From positions 118,683 to 182,682 of the forward strand of contig JAPLXS010000006.1 of the NCBI GenBank assembly GCA_026395965.1: a stretch of DNA of 64,000 nucleotides, given 5' to 3'. This document shows positions 52,452-62,986 of the stretch, piece by piece. The translations under genes were made by a program, and so were the position numbers. Every line of letters starts with the position of its first letter. Positions within the stretch are counted from its first letter, which is position 1. The notes below the pieces were generated by a model. The model was given only the letters and a program-made list of their open reading frames with translations, was not told the origin of the DNA and did no database searches. The stretch comes from Candidatus Nomurabacteria bacterium. GTDB lineage: Bacteria > Patescibacteriota > Minisyncoccia > Phycocordibacterales > UBA9973.

Positions 52452-53315
52452 TTAATACACCAAATTTACTCCATCACTTTTAAATAAAATATTTCCTATT
52501 TCAGATGTATTCATAAATGGTATTTTTAAAGACGATAGTCTATTTAATGTTTCTTCGCTTGGATGCCCGTATTTATTATTCTTTCCAGCAGAAACAATAG
52601 CAACTTTTGGATTTACTTTCTCGAGCCACAAAATACTTGATGCTGTTTTTGCACCATGGTGTCCGAGCTTTAAAACATCTGAATGTATTGTCGCATCACT
52701 TTCATTCCATTCTATTAGATTCTCTACATAAAGACTTGCATCTCCTGTCAGCATAAAAGAATTATTTCCATAAACTAGCTTTCCTACTATTGATCCATCA
52801 TTACTTTCTAGTTTTGATATATCACGATCTGGATATAAAATATCAATATAAATATTATTCTTTTCATCTAAAATAATATGCATGCCGCGATGTGCAATAA
52901 TTTTATTTATTTTATTTTTTATAATTTTATTTTCCAAACTTGAAAATATTTTAGTATTAGATATATTTCCATTTTCTATAATACTTGCAACCTTGTAGCT
53001 ATCTAACAACAAAGGAAATCCTCCTATGTGATCCATATCTCCATGTGTTGCTATTATCATATCTATAGACCTATCTGCAAAAGGCATAACTTTCGATAGG
53101 CTCGAAAGTAGCTTAGAATCAGGTCCACCATCTACTAGAACTTGTTTTCCATTTGGTGCTTCTATGTATATAGCATCCCCTTGCCCAACATCCAAAAACA
53201 CAACCTTTAAATACTTGTTGTCGTGATTTTGAAAAGAGTTAAATAGAAGAGCAAATCCAACAGATAAAAGAATAATTATTAAAATATATGGTAAATATTT
53301 CTTGAGGTATTTCAT
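52452..53315 (-). CDS. ComEC/Rec2 metallo-beta-lactamase domain protein
   Basis: FLDVGQGDA, THGDMDHIGG, LTGDA, LKLGHHG, NKYGHP. Confidence 0.92.
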   Translation of the reverse strand: MKYLKKYLPYILIIILLSVGFALLFNSFQNHDNKYLKVVFLDVGQGDAIYIEAPNGKQVLVDGGPDSKLLSSLSKVMPFADRSIDMIIATHGDMDHIGGFPLLLDSYKVASIIENGNISNTKIFSSLENKIIKNKINKIIAHRGMHIILDEKNNIYIDILYPDRDISKLESNDGSIVGKLVYGNNSFMLTGDASLYVENLIEWNESDATIHSDVLKLGHHGAKTASSILWLEKVNPKVAIVSAGKNNKYGHPSEETLNRLSSLKIPFMNTSEIGNILFKSDGVNLVY

Positions 53316-53352
53316 GATATAATATACATATTAACATTAAACTTTAATTTAC

Positions 53353-53943
53353 ATGAAAGAAATATACACACCCAAAACATTTTCTATCCCCGAACTAGCT
53401 GGAATAGGCAAGATAAATATAGAAGAGCACTTGAAGCTATACAAAGGATACGTAACTAATACAAATTTAATTATAAATAAAATAGAAGAATACGAAAAAG
53501 ACAGAGAAGGAAATGCATATGTACTTGGCGAACTTCACAGACGTTTTGCTTTTGAATTTGATGGTATGAGAAACCATGAGTACTATTTTGCTTCTTTTGA
53601 AGGAGGTAAAAAAGAAATAAATACAAATGGTGAACTATATAAAAGCATAGAAAAAGAATGGGGTTCATTTGAAAACTGGCTAACTCAATACAAAGGTATG
53701 GCCATGACTCGTGGGGTTGGTTGGGTTATTTTATACAATGACAAACAAACAGGTCGTCTGATGAACCAGTGGGTAGATGAACAGCACCTAGGACACCTCA
53801 CAGGGCTTTCTCCCGTACTTTGCCTAGATATGTGGGAACATGCTTATGTTTATGACTACCCTACTAGTGAGAAGAAAAAATACATAGAAGCATTTTTTGA
53901 AAATTTGAACTGGAACGCAGCAGAAAAAAATTACGAATTATAA
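53353..53943 (+). CDS. Fe/Mn superoxide dismutase family
   Basis: EHLKLYKGYV.N.N, NHEYYF, GVGW, LDMWEHAY. Confidence 0.88.
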   Translation: MKEIYTPKTFSIPELAGIGKINIEEHLKLYKGYVTNTNLIINKIEEYEKDREGNAYVLGELHRRFAFEFDGMRNHEYYFASFEGGKKEINTNGELYKSIEKEWGSFENWLTQYKGMAMTRGVGWVILYNDKQTGRLMNQWVDEQHLGHLTGLSPVLCLDMWEHAYVYDYPTSEKKKYIEAFFENLNWNAAEKNYEL

Positions 53944-53992
53944 AAATATAATTCTAAATCAAGAATCAAAAAAAATAGGAGTTAGAGATTAC

Positions 53993-54031
53993 AATATGAG
54001 CCAAATTGACGAAGTCAATTTGGCTCATATT
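53993..54031. repeat. 18-bp hairpin with C-GAA-G loop
   Basis: aatatgagccaaattgac-gaa-gtcaatttggctcatatt. Confidence 0.75.
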
Positions 54032-54047
54032 TATAAACAGCAAATTA

Positions 54048-54095
54048 ACCACTCTAACCCAACTTACGCTATAGCGTAAGTTGGGTTAGAGTGGT
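54048..54095. repeat. 48-bp perfect palindrome, family B
   Basis: accactctaacccaacttacgcta|tagcgtaagttgggttagagtggt. Confidence 0.9.
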
Positions 54096-54155
54096 GGCTA
54101 CAATTTAAAATTACTGATTTTTAATCTGTGATTGTAAATTGTGATTGCGAATTTT

Positions 54156-55460
54156 CTAATTCCTAATTCCTAATTTTTTTCCAAATATCCACCAAAATAA
54201 AAATATATAAATAATAACAGTTAGAAAAAGTGGAAAGGTTTGAATGGTAACACTAGCAAATGATAGTGTTCCAAAAAAATGAATAACAGAAAGAATATAT
54301 AAAAGTATTAGATAGGATAAATACCCAAAAATAACAGACAGTGGTGTAAAGATAAAACCAAAGATTCCTGTTATAAATACAAAGAGCATCGCTATTGGAA
54401 TAAACAAAAGTATTAAAATATTTGCAGGAAGTGAAACAAAAGAAAAAATACCAGTTAGATAGAGAAGTAGGGGCAAGACTGCAATAGTTGCAGCAACGGT
54501 AGATGAAAACATTTCTCTTATACCAAAACGCATTGGTAGAAATTTAAACCAATTTAATATTTTTGGTGTTAAATACAAAACTCCGCCTGTAGCTACAAAT
54601 GACAGCTGAAATGACATATCCGCGAGAACTCTAGGATCATATGCAAACATGAGTAAACCTGCGATGACAAGCGCCCTACCTGCCATATAGCTTCTACCTG
54701 TCATACGACCAACAAGCATGATAGTGACCATTATCCCTGCACGAATGGCAGTAGCACTAGCACCGGTCATAAGTATAAATAAAAGTATAATAAAAATACC
54801 ACAAATAATAGATAGGGTTTGTGATAATACCATACTAAAAGTTTTCATAACACCCTCAGCAACTATAGAAACATTGTACCCAGAGAGTGCAACTATATGT
54901 ATAGTACCTGTCTCAATAAACTCATCTCTCATTTCCTCATCAAAACCTCCCTTCTCTCCAAGTATTAACCCGTTTGCTAAATCACTTTCTGGTATTGAAA
55001 TAACCTGATTAATATTTTCCATAAAAGAATTTCTTAATTTATACAATAGCGATTTTATCTTACTACCATTATCGTGCGAGATTATTTTTATATCTGCATT
55101 TTTAATAATAAAATAAATATCTTGGTTTGCTAAATATCTTTTATAATTAAATTCTTTTCCCGAAGATGTGATAAAATTATCTGGCTCAACCAATACTCCT
55201 CTTGCAACAACAATATCTCCATAAGAAACTTCTGTATCTCTTCCCACTATGACTAAAATATTTATATCTTTATCAAGTATTTTTATGTTTAAATGCTTAT
55301 TTTTTAACCGTATATCTGGGTCATCATTTACTATTCCTTCTATATCTACAATCTTCCCTATCGCATTGTTATATAAAGGTATATTAGGTGTAAAAAACAA
55401 AAAACGCACAACTGCGATAATAAATAAAATAATTATTATAATAATTTCTTTTTTATTCAA
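54156..55460 (-). CDS. comEC: ComEC competence membrane domain protein
   Basis: OB-like region, TGTIHIVALSGYN, AIRAGIM, SFQLSF, ANILI. Confidence 0.9.
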   Translation of the reverse strand: MNKKEIIIIIILFIIAVVRFLFFTPNIPLYNNAIGKIVDIEGIVNDDPDIRLKNKHLNIKILDKDINILVIVGRDTEVSYGDIVVARGVLVEPDNFITSSGKEFNYKRYLANQDIYFIIKNADIKIISHDNGSKIKSLLYKLRNSFMENINQVISIPESDLANGLILGEKGGFDEEMRDEFIETGTIHIVALSGYNVSIVAEGVMKTFSMVLSQTLSIICGIFIILLFILMTGASATAIRAGIMVTIMLVGRMTGRSYMAGRALVIAGLLMFAYDPRVLADMSFQLSFVATGGVLYLTPKILNWFKFLPMRFGIREMFSSTVAATIAVLPLLLYLTGIFSFVSLPANILILLFIPIAMLFVFITGIFGFIFTPLSVIFGYLSYLILLYILSVIHFFGTLSFASVTIQTFPLFLTVIIYIFLFWWIFGKKLGIRN

Positions 55461-55551
55461 AGTATTATAAGTATATCAATTTATTATTAATAACATCAAA
55501 TAAAAAAACTACAGGATTATAAAATCTTGTAGTTTTTAATAAATTAAAAAT

Positions 55552-55812
55552 CTAATTAAATGATGAGCGAAAAAATAAATTTGCAGAATTAGAAAGTATA
55601 AATAAATCTCCTGAAGAATAAAAATTAAGAGCCAACAATGGATTTATTGAAGTATCTAAGTTCGACAATAATTCACTTTGTTGAAAAATACCTAAATTTT
55701 TAAAATAAGATTTTTTACCATCCCTATCTTTGCTTACTTCCCAAAAATAACCTACCGTTATTTCTGAACTGTTTTCGTTCGTACCTTCCGGTAAATCTTC
55801 TGATTTTCCCAT
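55552..55812 (-). CDS. hypothetical protein
   Basis: 86-aa ORF with AT-rich leader and downstream hairpin near 55504-55537. Confidence 0.5.
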   Translation of the reverse strand: MGKSEDLPEGTNENSSEITVGYFWEVSKDRDGKKSYFKNLGIFQQSELLSNLDTSINPLLALNFYSSGDLFILSNSANLFFRSSFN

Positions 55813-55921
55813 TTTTTTTGATTTTTATTTGTTTATAAATAGCTATATACTCAATTATATTAGAGCATATTTTATACAAAATGTTAAGTAAATTGTGTTT
55901 TTATACAAAAATTATTTGATA

Positions 55922-56389
55922 CTATGCTGTATGTATCTTTTGTCCCGATGAACACTTTGTTGCAATTTCATCAGCTTTTTCATTATATATATGCCCTGAA
56001 TGTCCTTTCACTTTTTGCCATGATAGATTGACCCCAAACTCTCTCACAAGAGTGATAAGTTCTTGCCATAAATCCTTGTTTAGAACAGGTTTTTTATTTG
56101 CAGTTTTCCAATTATTTTTTTCCCAATTGTGAATCCAAGATGTTATACCAAGAAGAACATAAGTTGAGTCTGTATGTATAATAACAGGTCCATCGGGATA
56201 CTTTTTTATAATATGTTTTAGTGTTTCGATTACAGCTTGGAGCTCCATACGATTGTTTGTAGTTTCTGATTCATACCCACCAAACTCTTTTACAATCTCA
56301 GAGTTAATTACAACAACAGCACCCCACCCACCAGGACCAGGATTACCGAGAGATGAACCGTCTGTAAATATTTCAATATTTTTATTCAT
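55922..56389 (-). CDS. rnhA: ribonuclease HI
   Basis: FTDGSSLGNPGPGGW, TTNNRMEL, TDSTY, N.DLW, VKGHSG..NEKAD. Confidence 0.97.
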   Translation of the reverse strand: MNKNIEIFTDGSSLGNPGPGGWGAVVVINSEIVKEFGGYESETTNNRMELQAVIETLKHIIKKYPDGPVIIHTDSTYVLLGITSWIHNWEKNNWKTANKKPVLNKDLWQELITLVREFGVNLSWQKVKGHSGHIYNEKADEIATKCSSGQKIHTA

Positions 56390-56401
56390 ACTGTATAAAT
56401 T

Positions 56402-58684
56402 TTAAACAGCTGGTTTTGAAAGCGAATCAATAGCAGCATTTATATCCTGATTATTGGGTGATATTTTATTTAAAATGTTGAATTGAACTAAAGCATCATT
56501 GTTTCTTCCAACTTTTTGATAAGATAATCCCAAGAAATAACGGGCATTCCAATAACTATTATCAATCAAAACTGCTTGTTCAAATGAACTAACTGCATTG
56601 ATATAATCAGAATTGTTGTATCTCAACAAACCAAGACGGAAAAATATAGTTGAATCATTTGGATTTATTGCACTTGCTTTCTCTACTTGTTTTACAGCAG
56701 CTGACATGTTTCCTTCATCTACTTCAATCTTGGCAAGAAGAAACAATGCATCAGTGTAATTTGGTTTAATAACTAGAGCTTTCTCGATAAAATTTCTAGC
56801 CTCGGTATTATTTTTATTTGTAATTTCTAGATTTGCTAGATCAAGAAAAATAGATGGATTATTTGGTGCTAACTCTTGTGCTTTTTTATATGAATTAGAT
56901 GCATTACTATAACTACCATCCACAGAAAACAAAACAAGAGAGCTGTAAATATTACCCATATTCACATAATTTAAATATTGTTTTGGATTTTGATTTATAG
57001 CAAGAGAAGCAGAATTTAATGACAAGTTTATCAACTGTTGTAAGTTTGATTTAAGTACATCACTAGACAATTTATTGTCTTTTACCAAAAGTCCTATTTG
57101 TCCTACATATATTTGAGAAAGTGCCCTATAATAAACATCACTTTTGTTTAGAGAAATTGCACTTTTAATCATTTTTTCAGAAATAGAAAGTGACTGCATT
57201 GTATTATCTGTTTTTATTGCTTTTGAGAAATACAAAATAGAAACAAACTTTTCTATTTGTAAATATGTTACAGACAATGTAGTAATCATTAAAAATACCA
57301 ACAAAAGAATTGTGAAAAAACTTTTTCTAGGATCATCTAAGAAATAAAATTCTTTAACACTTACAACCTTTTTACTAACCAATATTCCTATAAAAACACC
57401 GCTTGAAATAAAAGCCAACATCAAAATCAAAACACCTGGAGAATAGAAAATAAAAGAAATCCATGAATATATTGATATCAATAATATTGAAAAAATATAA
57501 TAATTTGAAAGTGAATCTTTTGATGCTATGCGTGATGACTGTACTCCCCTTATCACAAAAACAATAAAGAAAATTACCCATGCAAGCAAACCAACAATAC
57601 CAGTAGTCGCAACAAAAGTAGACAGCATACTAACTCCATTTGGAAAATCAATACTCCAAAAAATTGTCTGTGCTACTTCTTTTGGTTGCCACAAAACCCA
57701 ATCCATAGAAAAAGTATTCGGACTTGTTCCAAATAAAGGATTATGTTTAATGGATTTCCAAACAATACCAGAAGTAGCTGAAATAGAAGGTCGAACTTCT
57801 GAATTTGAAATATTTATATATTTAGATACTAGATTACTTACAGCACCCCCACCAACCAAAAAAACAAAAGAGATTAGTACTACAACAAGTGCACTAAAAG
57901 GAAATCTTTTTTTGCCATCTCCTTTGTGAACTAAATGCATACCAGAATGCTGAGTAGAAATACTATATACAAATATAATTATTGAGAATATTCCAACCAA
58001 AAACCATACAAATGGTGTGTTTATTATGGCAATAAACATCAATCCAGTAACTAACAAGAAATATTGAATTGTGGTAAAAATTTTATTTAATTTTAGAAAT
58101 TCCAAATTAAATATAGACAACAAAATAATTAATCCGAAAAATAGAGCAAAATCATTCCAGTTTCCAATCAAATTGCCAGCAGATAGATTAACAAGGAATC
58201 CCCCAGGAAGATTGCCTAAAATAACAACTATATTAAAAATCTCAAATATTGAAATAAGTAACGCGCCAATAAATAATGCTCCAATAAAATACCATAATCT
58301 TTTTTCTGTTTGAAAAAATATTGACGATAAAAAAAATAACAAAAACATTATAAGGATTGAACCAAATGTCCCAAGTTCAAAACCATTACCCCAAAGTGAA
58401 GAGTTTAATGATGACGAAAAAAATGATGAAATTAAAAAAACCAAAGGTATCAAAGCCGCATAAACAATCAATCTGTCTTTAGGAAAGACAAATTTTCCTT
58501 CTCCCAATCGAGATATAAGCCAGAAAAAACAAGATAGTGTAACACCAAAAGAAATGATAAACCCCTTACTATCGTCTAAACTCATGGAAACATATGGTAT
58601 AAAGAAAAAGAGTGACAATAAAAACGTAGATAATAGTGTGATAAATGAGAGTTTATTGAAAAACTTTATACTTTTTGATTCCAT
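56402..58684 (-). CDS. polytopic membrane protein (O-antigen-ligase-like) with C-terminal TPR repeats
   Basis: many TMs, HNPLFGTSPNTF loop, TPR motifs (A..INPND, ARYFLGLSY). Confidence 0.75.
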   Translation of the reverse strand: MESKSIKFFNKLSFITLLSTFLLSLFFFIPYVSMSLDDSKGFIISFGVTLSCFFWLISRLGEGKFVFPKDRLIVYAALIPLVFLISSFFSSSLNSSLWGNGFELGTFGSILIMFLLFFLSSIFFQTEKRLWYFIGALFIGALLISIFEIFNIVVILGNLPGGFLVNLSAGNLIGNWNDFALFFGLIILLSIFNLEFLKLNKIFTTIQYFLLVTGLMFIAIINTPFVWFLVGIFSIIIFVYSISTQHSGMHLVHKGDGKKRFPFSALVVVLISFVFLVGGGAVSNLVSKYINISNSEVRPSISATSGIVWKSIKHNPLFGTSPNTFSMDWVLWQPKEVAQTIFWSIDFPNGVSMLSTFVATTGIVGLLAWVIFFIVFVIRGVQSSRIASKDSLSNYYIFSILLISIYSWISFIFYSPGVLILMLAFISSGVFIGILVSKKVVSVKEFYFLDDPRKSFFTILLLVFLMITTLSVTYLQIEKFVSILYFSKAIKTDNTMQSLSISEKMIKSAISLNKSDVYYRALSQIYVGQIGLLVKDNKLSSDVLKSNLQQLINLSLNSASLAINQNPKQYLNYVNMGNIYSSLVLFSVDGSYSNASNSYKKAQELAPNNPSIFLDLANLEITNKNNTEARNFIEKALVIKPNYTDALFLLAKIEVDEGNMSAAVKQVEKASAINPNDSTIFFRLGLLRYNNSDYINAVSSFEQAVLIDNSYWNARYFLGLSYQKVGRNNDALVQFNILNKISPNNQDINAAIDSLSKPAV

Positions 58685-58777
58685 ATTTTATATTTTATAT
58701 TTTAATAATACTAAGTATAATTATATATCAAAATAGCAACAAATACTACGTATTTGTATTAAATATGTGTAAAAACA

Positions 58778-60433
58778 TTATATAATATCGGTAATTCTTA
58801 GTCTTAGTTCAGTACGGCCAGCAAAAGTACTTTTCTCAAAGGTTGCAACGAGATTAATAACGGAGCCCAACTCAAGTGCAGGGTCAAAACTTAATCTAGT
58901 TTTAAAAAATGATATAGCTTTTACGATGCGTCCCCTATCGGTCTTAAATGATAACTCAAGGTGATTTTTTTCTTTTCCAAATTCTTTTATGGAAAATATT
59001 TTTATCCCTTCAAATAAAAAAGTGGGTTTAGGGTTACCCATTCCAAATGGAGCAAGCTTGTTTATGATATTAAAATTTTCAATGTTAACATCATCTATTG
59101 CAATAGGTGCATCAATAAAATATTCTTTCTCATTTTTTTCATCTATTACACTATTATTAAAAACAGCAACAAGTCTTTCTTCTAGAAAGTGAACCTCTTC
59201 GTGTGAGACAGAAAACCCACCAGCACCTTTATGCCCCCCAAAACCAAGTAAACTATTTTCAGGGAGTAGTGTCATCATCTCTACAAGGTTCGCATTACCA
59301 TAACCACGACACGATCCTTTTATATCTCCATTTCCATCGCCTCCCCAAACGAAAGCAGGACATTTATATTCATCTACTATTTTTGATGCAATTATCCCTA
59401 AAACCCCTATCCTCCAAGTTGGATTACCTATCACTATTAGTGATTTTATCTCTCTTTTATGTAAAATATTTTTTACATCTTTCATTATATGAGCAACAAC
59501 TATTTTTCTTTCATCATTTATTTTTGCCAAATAATCTGCCAGTACTCGAGCTTCAACAAGATCAGTAGTAGAGAGCATACCATACGCTTTTGAAGGGTCT
59601 GACATACGAGATGCTGCATTTATGCGTGGAGCCAAGGTAAAAGTAACATCTTCTTCGTTTAGTTTTGTAATATCAACAGATGCTTTTTTGAAAAGTTCCA
59701 CAAGGCCGGGACGTCTTCCTTTTTGTAAAACTTTCAAACCAAAATATGCGAGAACTCTATTTTCATCTATGAGTGGAACCTGGTCAGAAAGAGTAGCTAC
59801 TCCTGCCATATCGAGTAACCATTTTTCCCAACCATTATTTATTTTCCAATATTCACCATATTTTATTATTAATGCTTGTAAGAGTTTGAAGGCAACACCA
59901 GCTCCGCAGAGCATTTTATCTGGATACATACAACCTATCTGTTTTGGATTTAAAATAGCGTAAGCTCTAGGAATATCTGCTTGTGGTAAATGGTGGTCTG
60001 TAATAATTACATCTATGCCAGATGCTTGTGCATGAGCAACTTCTTCTACAGCAGTAATACCTAAATCAAAAGTAATTAATAGATTTACATTATTATCAAT
60101 AAACTTATCTATGGCATCACGATGTAGACCATACCCTTCGTCGTGACGATCTGGAATATAAATAGAAAAATTAGCATAACCAATTTTTGTAAAAAAATCA
60201 TGCATTATTACTGCCGCGGGAATACCATCACAATCATAATCACTATATACAACTATCTTTTCATTTGCTTCTACGCTTTCAAAAATACGCACACAAACAC
60301 GCTCCATATTTTTCATTAAATATGGGTCATAAAGATGCTTTTCATAAGATGGATTTAAAAATCGGTCTCTTTCCTCTATTGGTATACCTCTATTTGTCAG
60401 TAAAAGGTCAAGCAATTCAATATTATTTGGCAT
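58778..60433 (-). CDS. recJ: single-stranded DNA exonuclease RecJ
   Basis: DYDCDG, PDRHDEGYG, ITDHH, APRINAA.R, GGHKGAGG, PFGMGNP. Confidence 0.96.
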   Translation of the reverse strand: MPNNIELLDLLLTNRGIPIEERDRFLNPSYEKHLYDPYLMKNMERVCVRIFESVEANEKIVVYSDYDCDGIPAAVIMHDFFTKIGYANFSIYIPDRHDEGYGLHRDAIDKFIDNNVNLLITFDLGITAVEEVAHAQASGIDVIITDHHLPQADIPRAYAILNPKQIGCMYPDKMLCGAGVAFKLLQALIIKYGEYWKINNGWEKWLLDMAGVATLSDQVPLIDENRVLAYFGLKVLQKGRRPGLVELFKKASVDITKLNEEDVTFTLAPRINAASRMSDPSKAYGMLSTTDLVEARVLADYLAKINDERKIVVAHIMKDVKNILHKREIKSLIVIGNPTWRIGVLGIIASKIVDEYKCPAFVWGGDGNGDIKGSCRGYGNANLVEMMTLLPENSLLGFGGHKGAGGFSVSHEEVHFLEERLVAVFNNSVIDEKNEKEYFIDAPIAIDDVNIENFNIINKLAPFGMGNPKPTFLFEGIKIFSIKEFGKEKNHLELSFKTDRGRIVKAISFFKTRLSFDPALELGSVINLVATFEKSTFAGRTELRLRITDII

Positions 60434-60526
60434 ACAAGAGATTGTACCATATAATGTATGCATGAATAATAACCCCGAATGAATTTTTCATTATTACTCA
60501 TATTTTCGGGAATTAAAAAATATATT

Positions 60527-60952
60527 ATGACCATAAACGACATCAAAAATTCTGACGGGGCAAGCTGTATTTTTTGTAAAATTATAGCAAAAGAAATTCC
60601 AAGTCATATAGTATACGATGACTCCAATTTTTTATGCTTTTTAGACAACAATCCAGTAGTTAAAGGGCATAGTCTCTTAATACCAAAAGAACATCATGTT
60701 TGGATGCATGAAACCCCAGATGAATTAATCTCTGAAACTTTTATTACAGCCAAAAAAATTATGAATATAATGAGAAAAGGTATACCTTGCGATTATGTCC
60801 AAATGGTTGTTGTGGGTAAAGATGTACCCCATTTTCACATACACCTAATGCCTCGTTTGTTAAACGATAACCTCCCTCAACTTATAAATATAAAATATGA
60901 AAGTGAGGAAGAAGAAAAATACTATGCTTCTAAAATAAAAAACGCCATCTAA
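60527..60952 (+). CDS. HIT family nucleotide hydrolase
   Basis: CIFCKI, GHSLLIPK.H, VPHFHIHL. Confidence 0.93.
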   Translation: MTINDIKNSDGASCIFCKIIAKEIPSHIVYDDSNFLCFLDNNPVVKGHSLLIPKEHHVWMHETPDELISETFITAKKIMNIMRKGIPCDYVQMVVVGKDVPHFHIHLMPRLLNDNLPQLINIKYESEEEEKYYASKIKNAI

Positions 60953-60971
60953 GGCGTTTTTTATTTTAATA

Positions 60972-62093
60972 TTATTTTAAAACTCTGATACCTGGCAGTG
61001 TTCCTTTTGATAAGAAATCAAGAGTAGCTCCACCTCCTGTAGATACAAAACCCAGCTTATCTTCTATTTTTAGTTTTGCTACCAGAGCAGCAGTATCTCC
61101 TCCACCTATTACACTTTTTGCTTTACTCTTTGAAATAAGTTTAAGGACTTCTTCTGTTGCTCCCCCAAAACCACTTTCGTATTTACCTAGTGGACCATTC
61201 CATAAAATAAATTCTGCTTTATTTATTAGGTCTTTCAATTGAGAAATTGTTTGTGGACCAACATCAACAATATTTTCGTCTGGCATTACATCACTTGCTC
61301 TAGTAAAATGATTTTTTGAATTTTTAGTAACTTCAACATCAATAGGAAGTATCAGATTTTTGCTCTTCATAATAAGAGGAACTTGAAAATTTACAGGACC
61401 AACTAGTGATGTACCTATCTCATAACCCTTTGCTCTAAAAAAGTCGTTTGCTATTGCACCTGCTATAAATATAGTGTCTGCTGTTCTAAGGTATTTCTTT
61501 ATTAGAGGAATTTTTGTATCAAATTTTGCACCTCCCAAAATAAATAAAAATGGATGTGTTGGAGTAAAAACTTTTGATAGATTTTCTATCTCTGTCATAA
61601 ATTGAAAACCAGCATAACCAGGAAGATATTTGGTAATACCAACAACAGAAGCATGCTCTCTGTGAGAAACTGAAAATGCATCATTTACATATATTTCACC
61701 ATAACGAGATAGAGCTCTTGCAAATGAAGGTGAATTCTTTTTTTCTCCTGTTTCTCGGCGAAGGTTTTCAAGTAAAACTATATCTCCATTTTTCAGAGCT
61801 TTTATTCTTTTTTCAGTTTCATCTGAAAAAATTGGTGTTCCAATAAATTCAACTTCTTTAATAGATTTTTTTAGTTTTACAGCAACAGGAAGAAGACTTT
61901 CTTTGCCCTCATCTCCAATATGCGAAATTATAATAACTTTTGCTCCTTTTTTCTGTAAATACTCGATTGTTGGAATAACTTTTTTGATTCTAAAATCGTC
62001 AAGAACTTTACCATCTTTTATTGGAACATTAAAATCTGCTCTTAAGATAACACTCTTCCCTGCCAAACTTTTCAAATCTTTTATTGATTTCAT
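60972..62093 (-). CDS. pgk: phosphoglycerate kinase
   Basis: RADFNVP, LLENLR, NDAF..SHR.HAS, GGAK, WNGPLG, VSTGGGA. Confidence 0.97.
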   Translation of the reverse strand: MKSIKDLKSLAGKSVILRADFNVPIKDGKVLDDFRIKKVIPTIEYLQKKGAKVIIISHIGDEGKESLLPVAVKLKKSIKEVEFIGTPIFSDETEKRIKALKNGDIVLLENLRRETGEKKNSPSFARALSRYGEIYVNDAFSVSHREHASVVGITKYLPGYAGFQFMTEIENLSKVFTPTHPFLFILGGAKFDTKIPLIKKYLRTADTIFIAGAIANDFFRAKGYEIGTSLVGPVNFQVPLIMKSKNLILPIDVEVTKNSKNHFTRASDVMPDENIVDVGPQTISQLKDLINKAEFILWNGPLGKYESGFGGATEEVLKLISKSKAKSVIGGGDTAALVAKLKIEDKLGFVSTGGGATLDFLSKGTLPGIRVLK

Positions 62094-62098
62094 ATTAT

Positions 62099-62851
62099 TT
62101 AATTTAGGGCGCTTAATACTGCACCGAATTTTTTAGGATTAATACTGTCGCGACCCACAAGTAAACCATCAGCTCCTCCATCTTGTATAAAAGATCTAGT
62201 ATTTAGAGGGTTAACTGAACCACCGTAAATAATAATAATACTATGTGCTATTTTAGGAGTATAAATATCTGAAACTACTTTTTTTATGAAAATTTTCATT
62301 TCCATAAATTCTTCTTTTGTTGCTTCTCGAGTTGCATTCTTTCCTATTGCCCATATTGGCTCATAAGCAACAATAATATTTTTCATCTGAGCACCTGAAA
62401 CTCCTATCAATGATTTTTTGATTTGTTCTTCTACCAATAAAAGAAATGACCCATTGGCATCTCTAACACTCTCTCCAACGCAAAGAATCGGTGTAAGTTT
62501 ATATTTAAGTAAGTTTAATATTTTTTGATTTATAATTTCATTGGTTTCTCCAAGACGACGACTCTCTCCGTGCCCTACTATAGTATAGCTAACACCCATA
62601 TCTTTTAGCATTTTGGGTGAGACTTCTCCAGTATAAGACCCCTCTGTTTTAGTTGATACATTTTGAGAACCAAGAGAAATATTTTTGTTTTTGAATTTTT
62701 TAGAAACAAAAAGGAATGGAAATGGTGGGCAAAGAATTATTTTAGTATTTTTGATATTTTTTGCTAAAGAATATGACTCCTTAAAAAGAACCTCTGCCTC
62801 TTTTTGAGATTGGGGGTTCATTTTCCAATTAGCAACAACTATTCTATTCAT
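62099..62851 (-). CDS. tpiA: triosephosphate isomerase
   Basis: ANWKMN, GSYTGEVS, VGHGE.R, AYEPIWAIG, YGGSV. Confidence 0.96.
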   Translation of the reverse strand: MNRIVVANWKMNPQSQKEAEVLFKESYSLAKNIKNTKIILCPPFPFLFVSKKFKNKNISLGSQNVSTKTEGSYTGEVSPKMLKDMGVSYTIVGHGESRRLGETNEIINQKILNLLKYKLTPILCVGESVRDANGSFLLLVEEQIKKSLIGVSGAQMKNIIVAYEPIWAIGKNATREATKEEFMEMKIFIKKVVSDIYTPKIAHSIIIIYGGSVNPLNTRSFIQDGGADGLLVGRDSINPKKFGAVLSALN

Positions 62852-62922
62852 ATTACTATTATACCATATAATCCTTGTTTTACTTCATTAAAACAAATAA
62901 TCATGTATTTATAAGGAGTTAA

Positions 62923-62984
62923 TTAGTAAAAAGGTCATATTTATAAAATATGACCTTTTTACTAAAACCAGACGTTGGACGTCT
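62923..62984. repeat. 20-bp inverted repeat followed by a family A palindrome
   Basis: ttagtaaaaaggtcatattt-ata-aaatatgacctttttactaa, then AGACGTTGGACGTCT (62970-62984). Confidence 0.75.
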
Positions 62985-62986
62985 AT

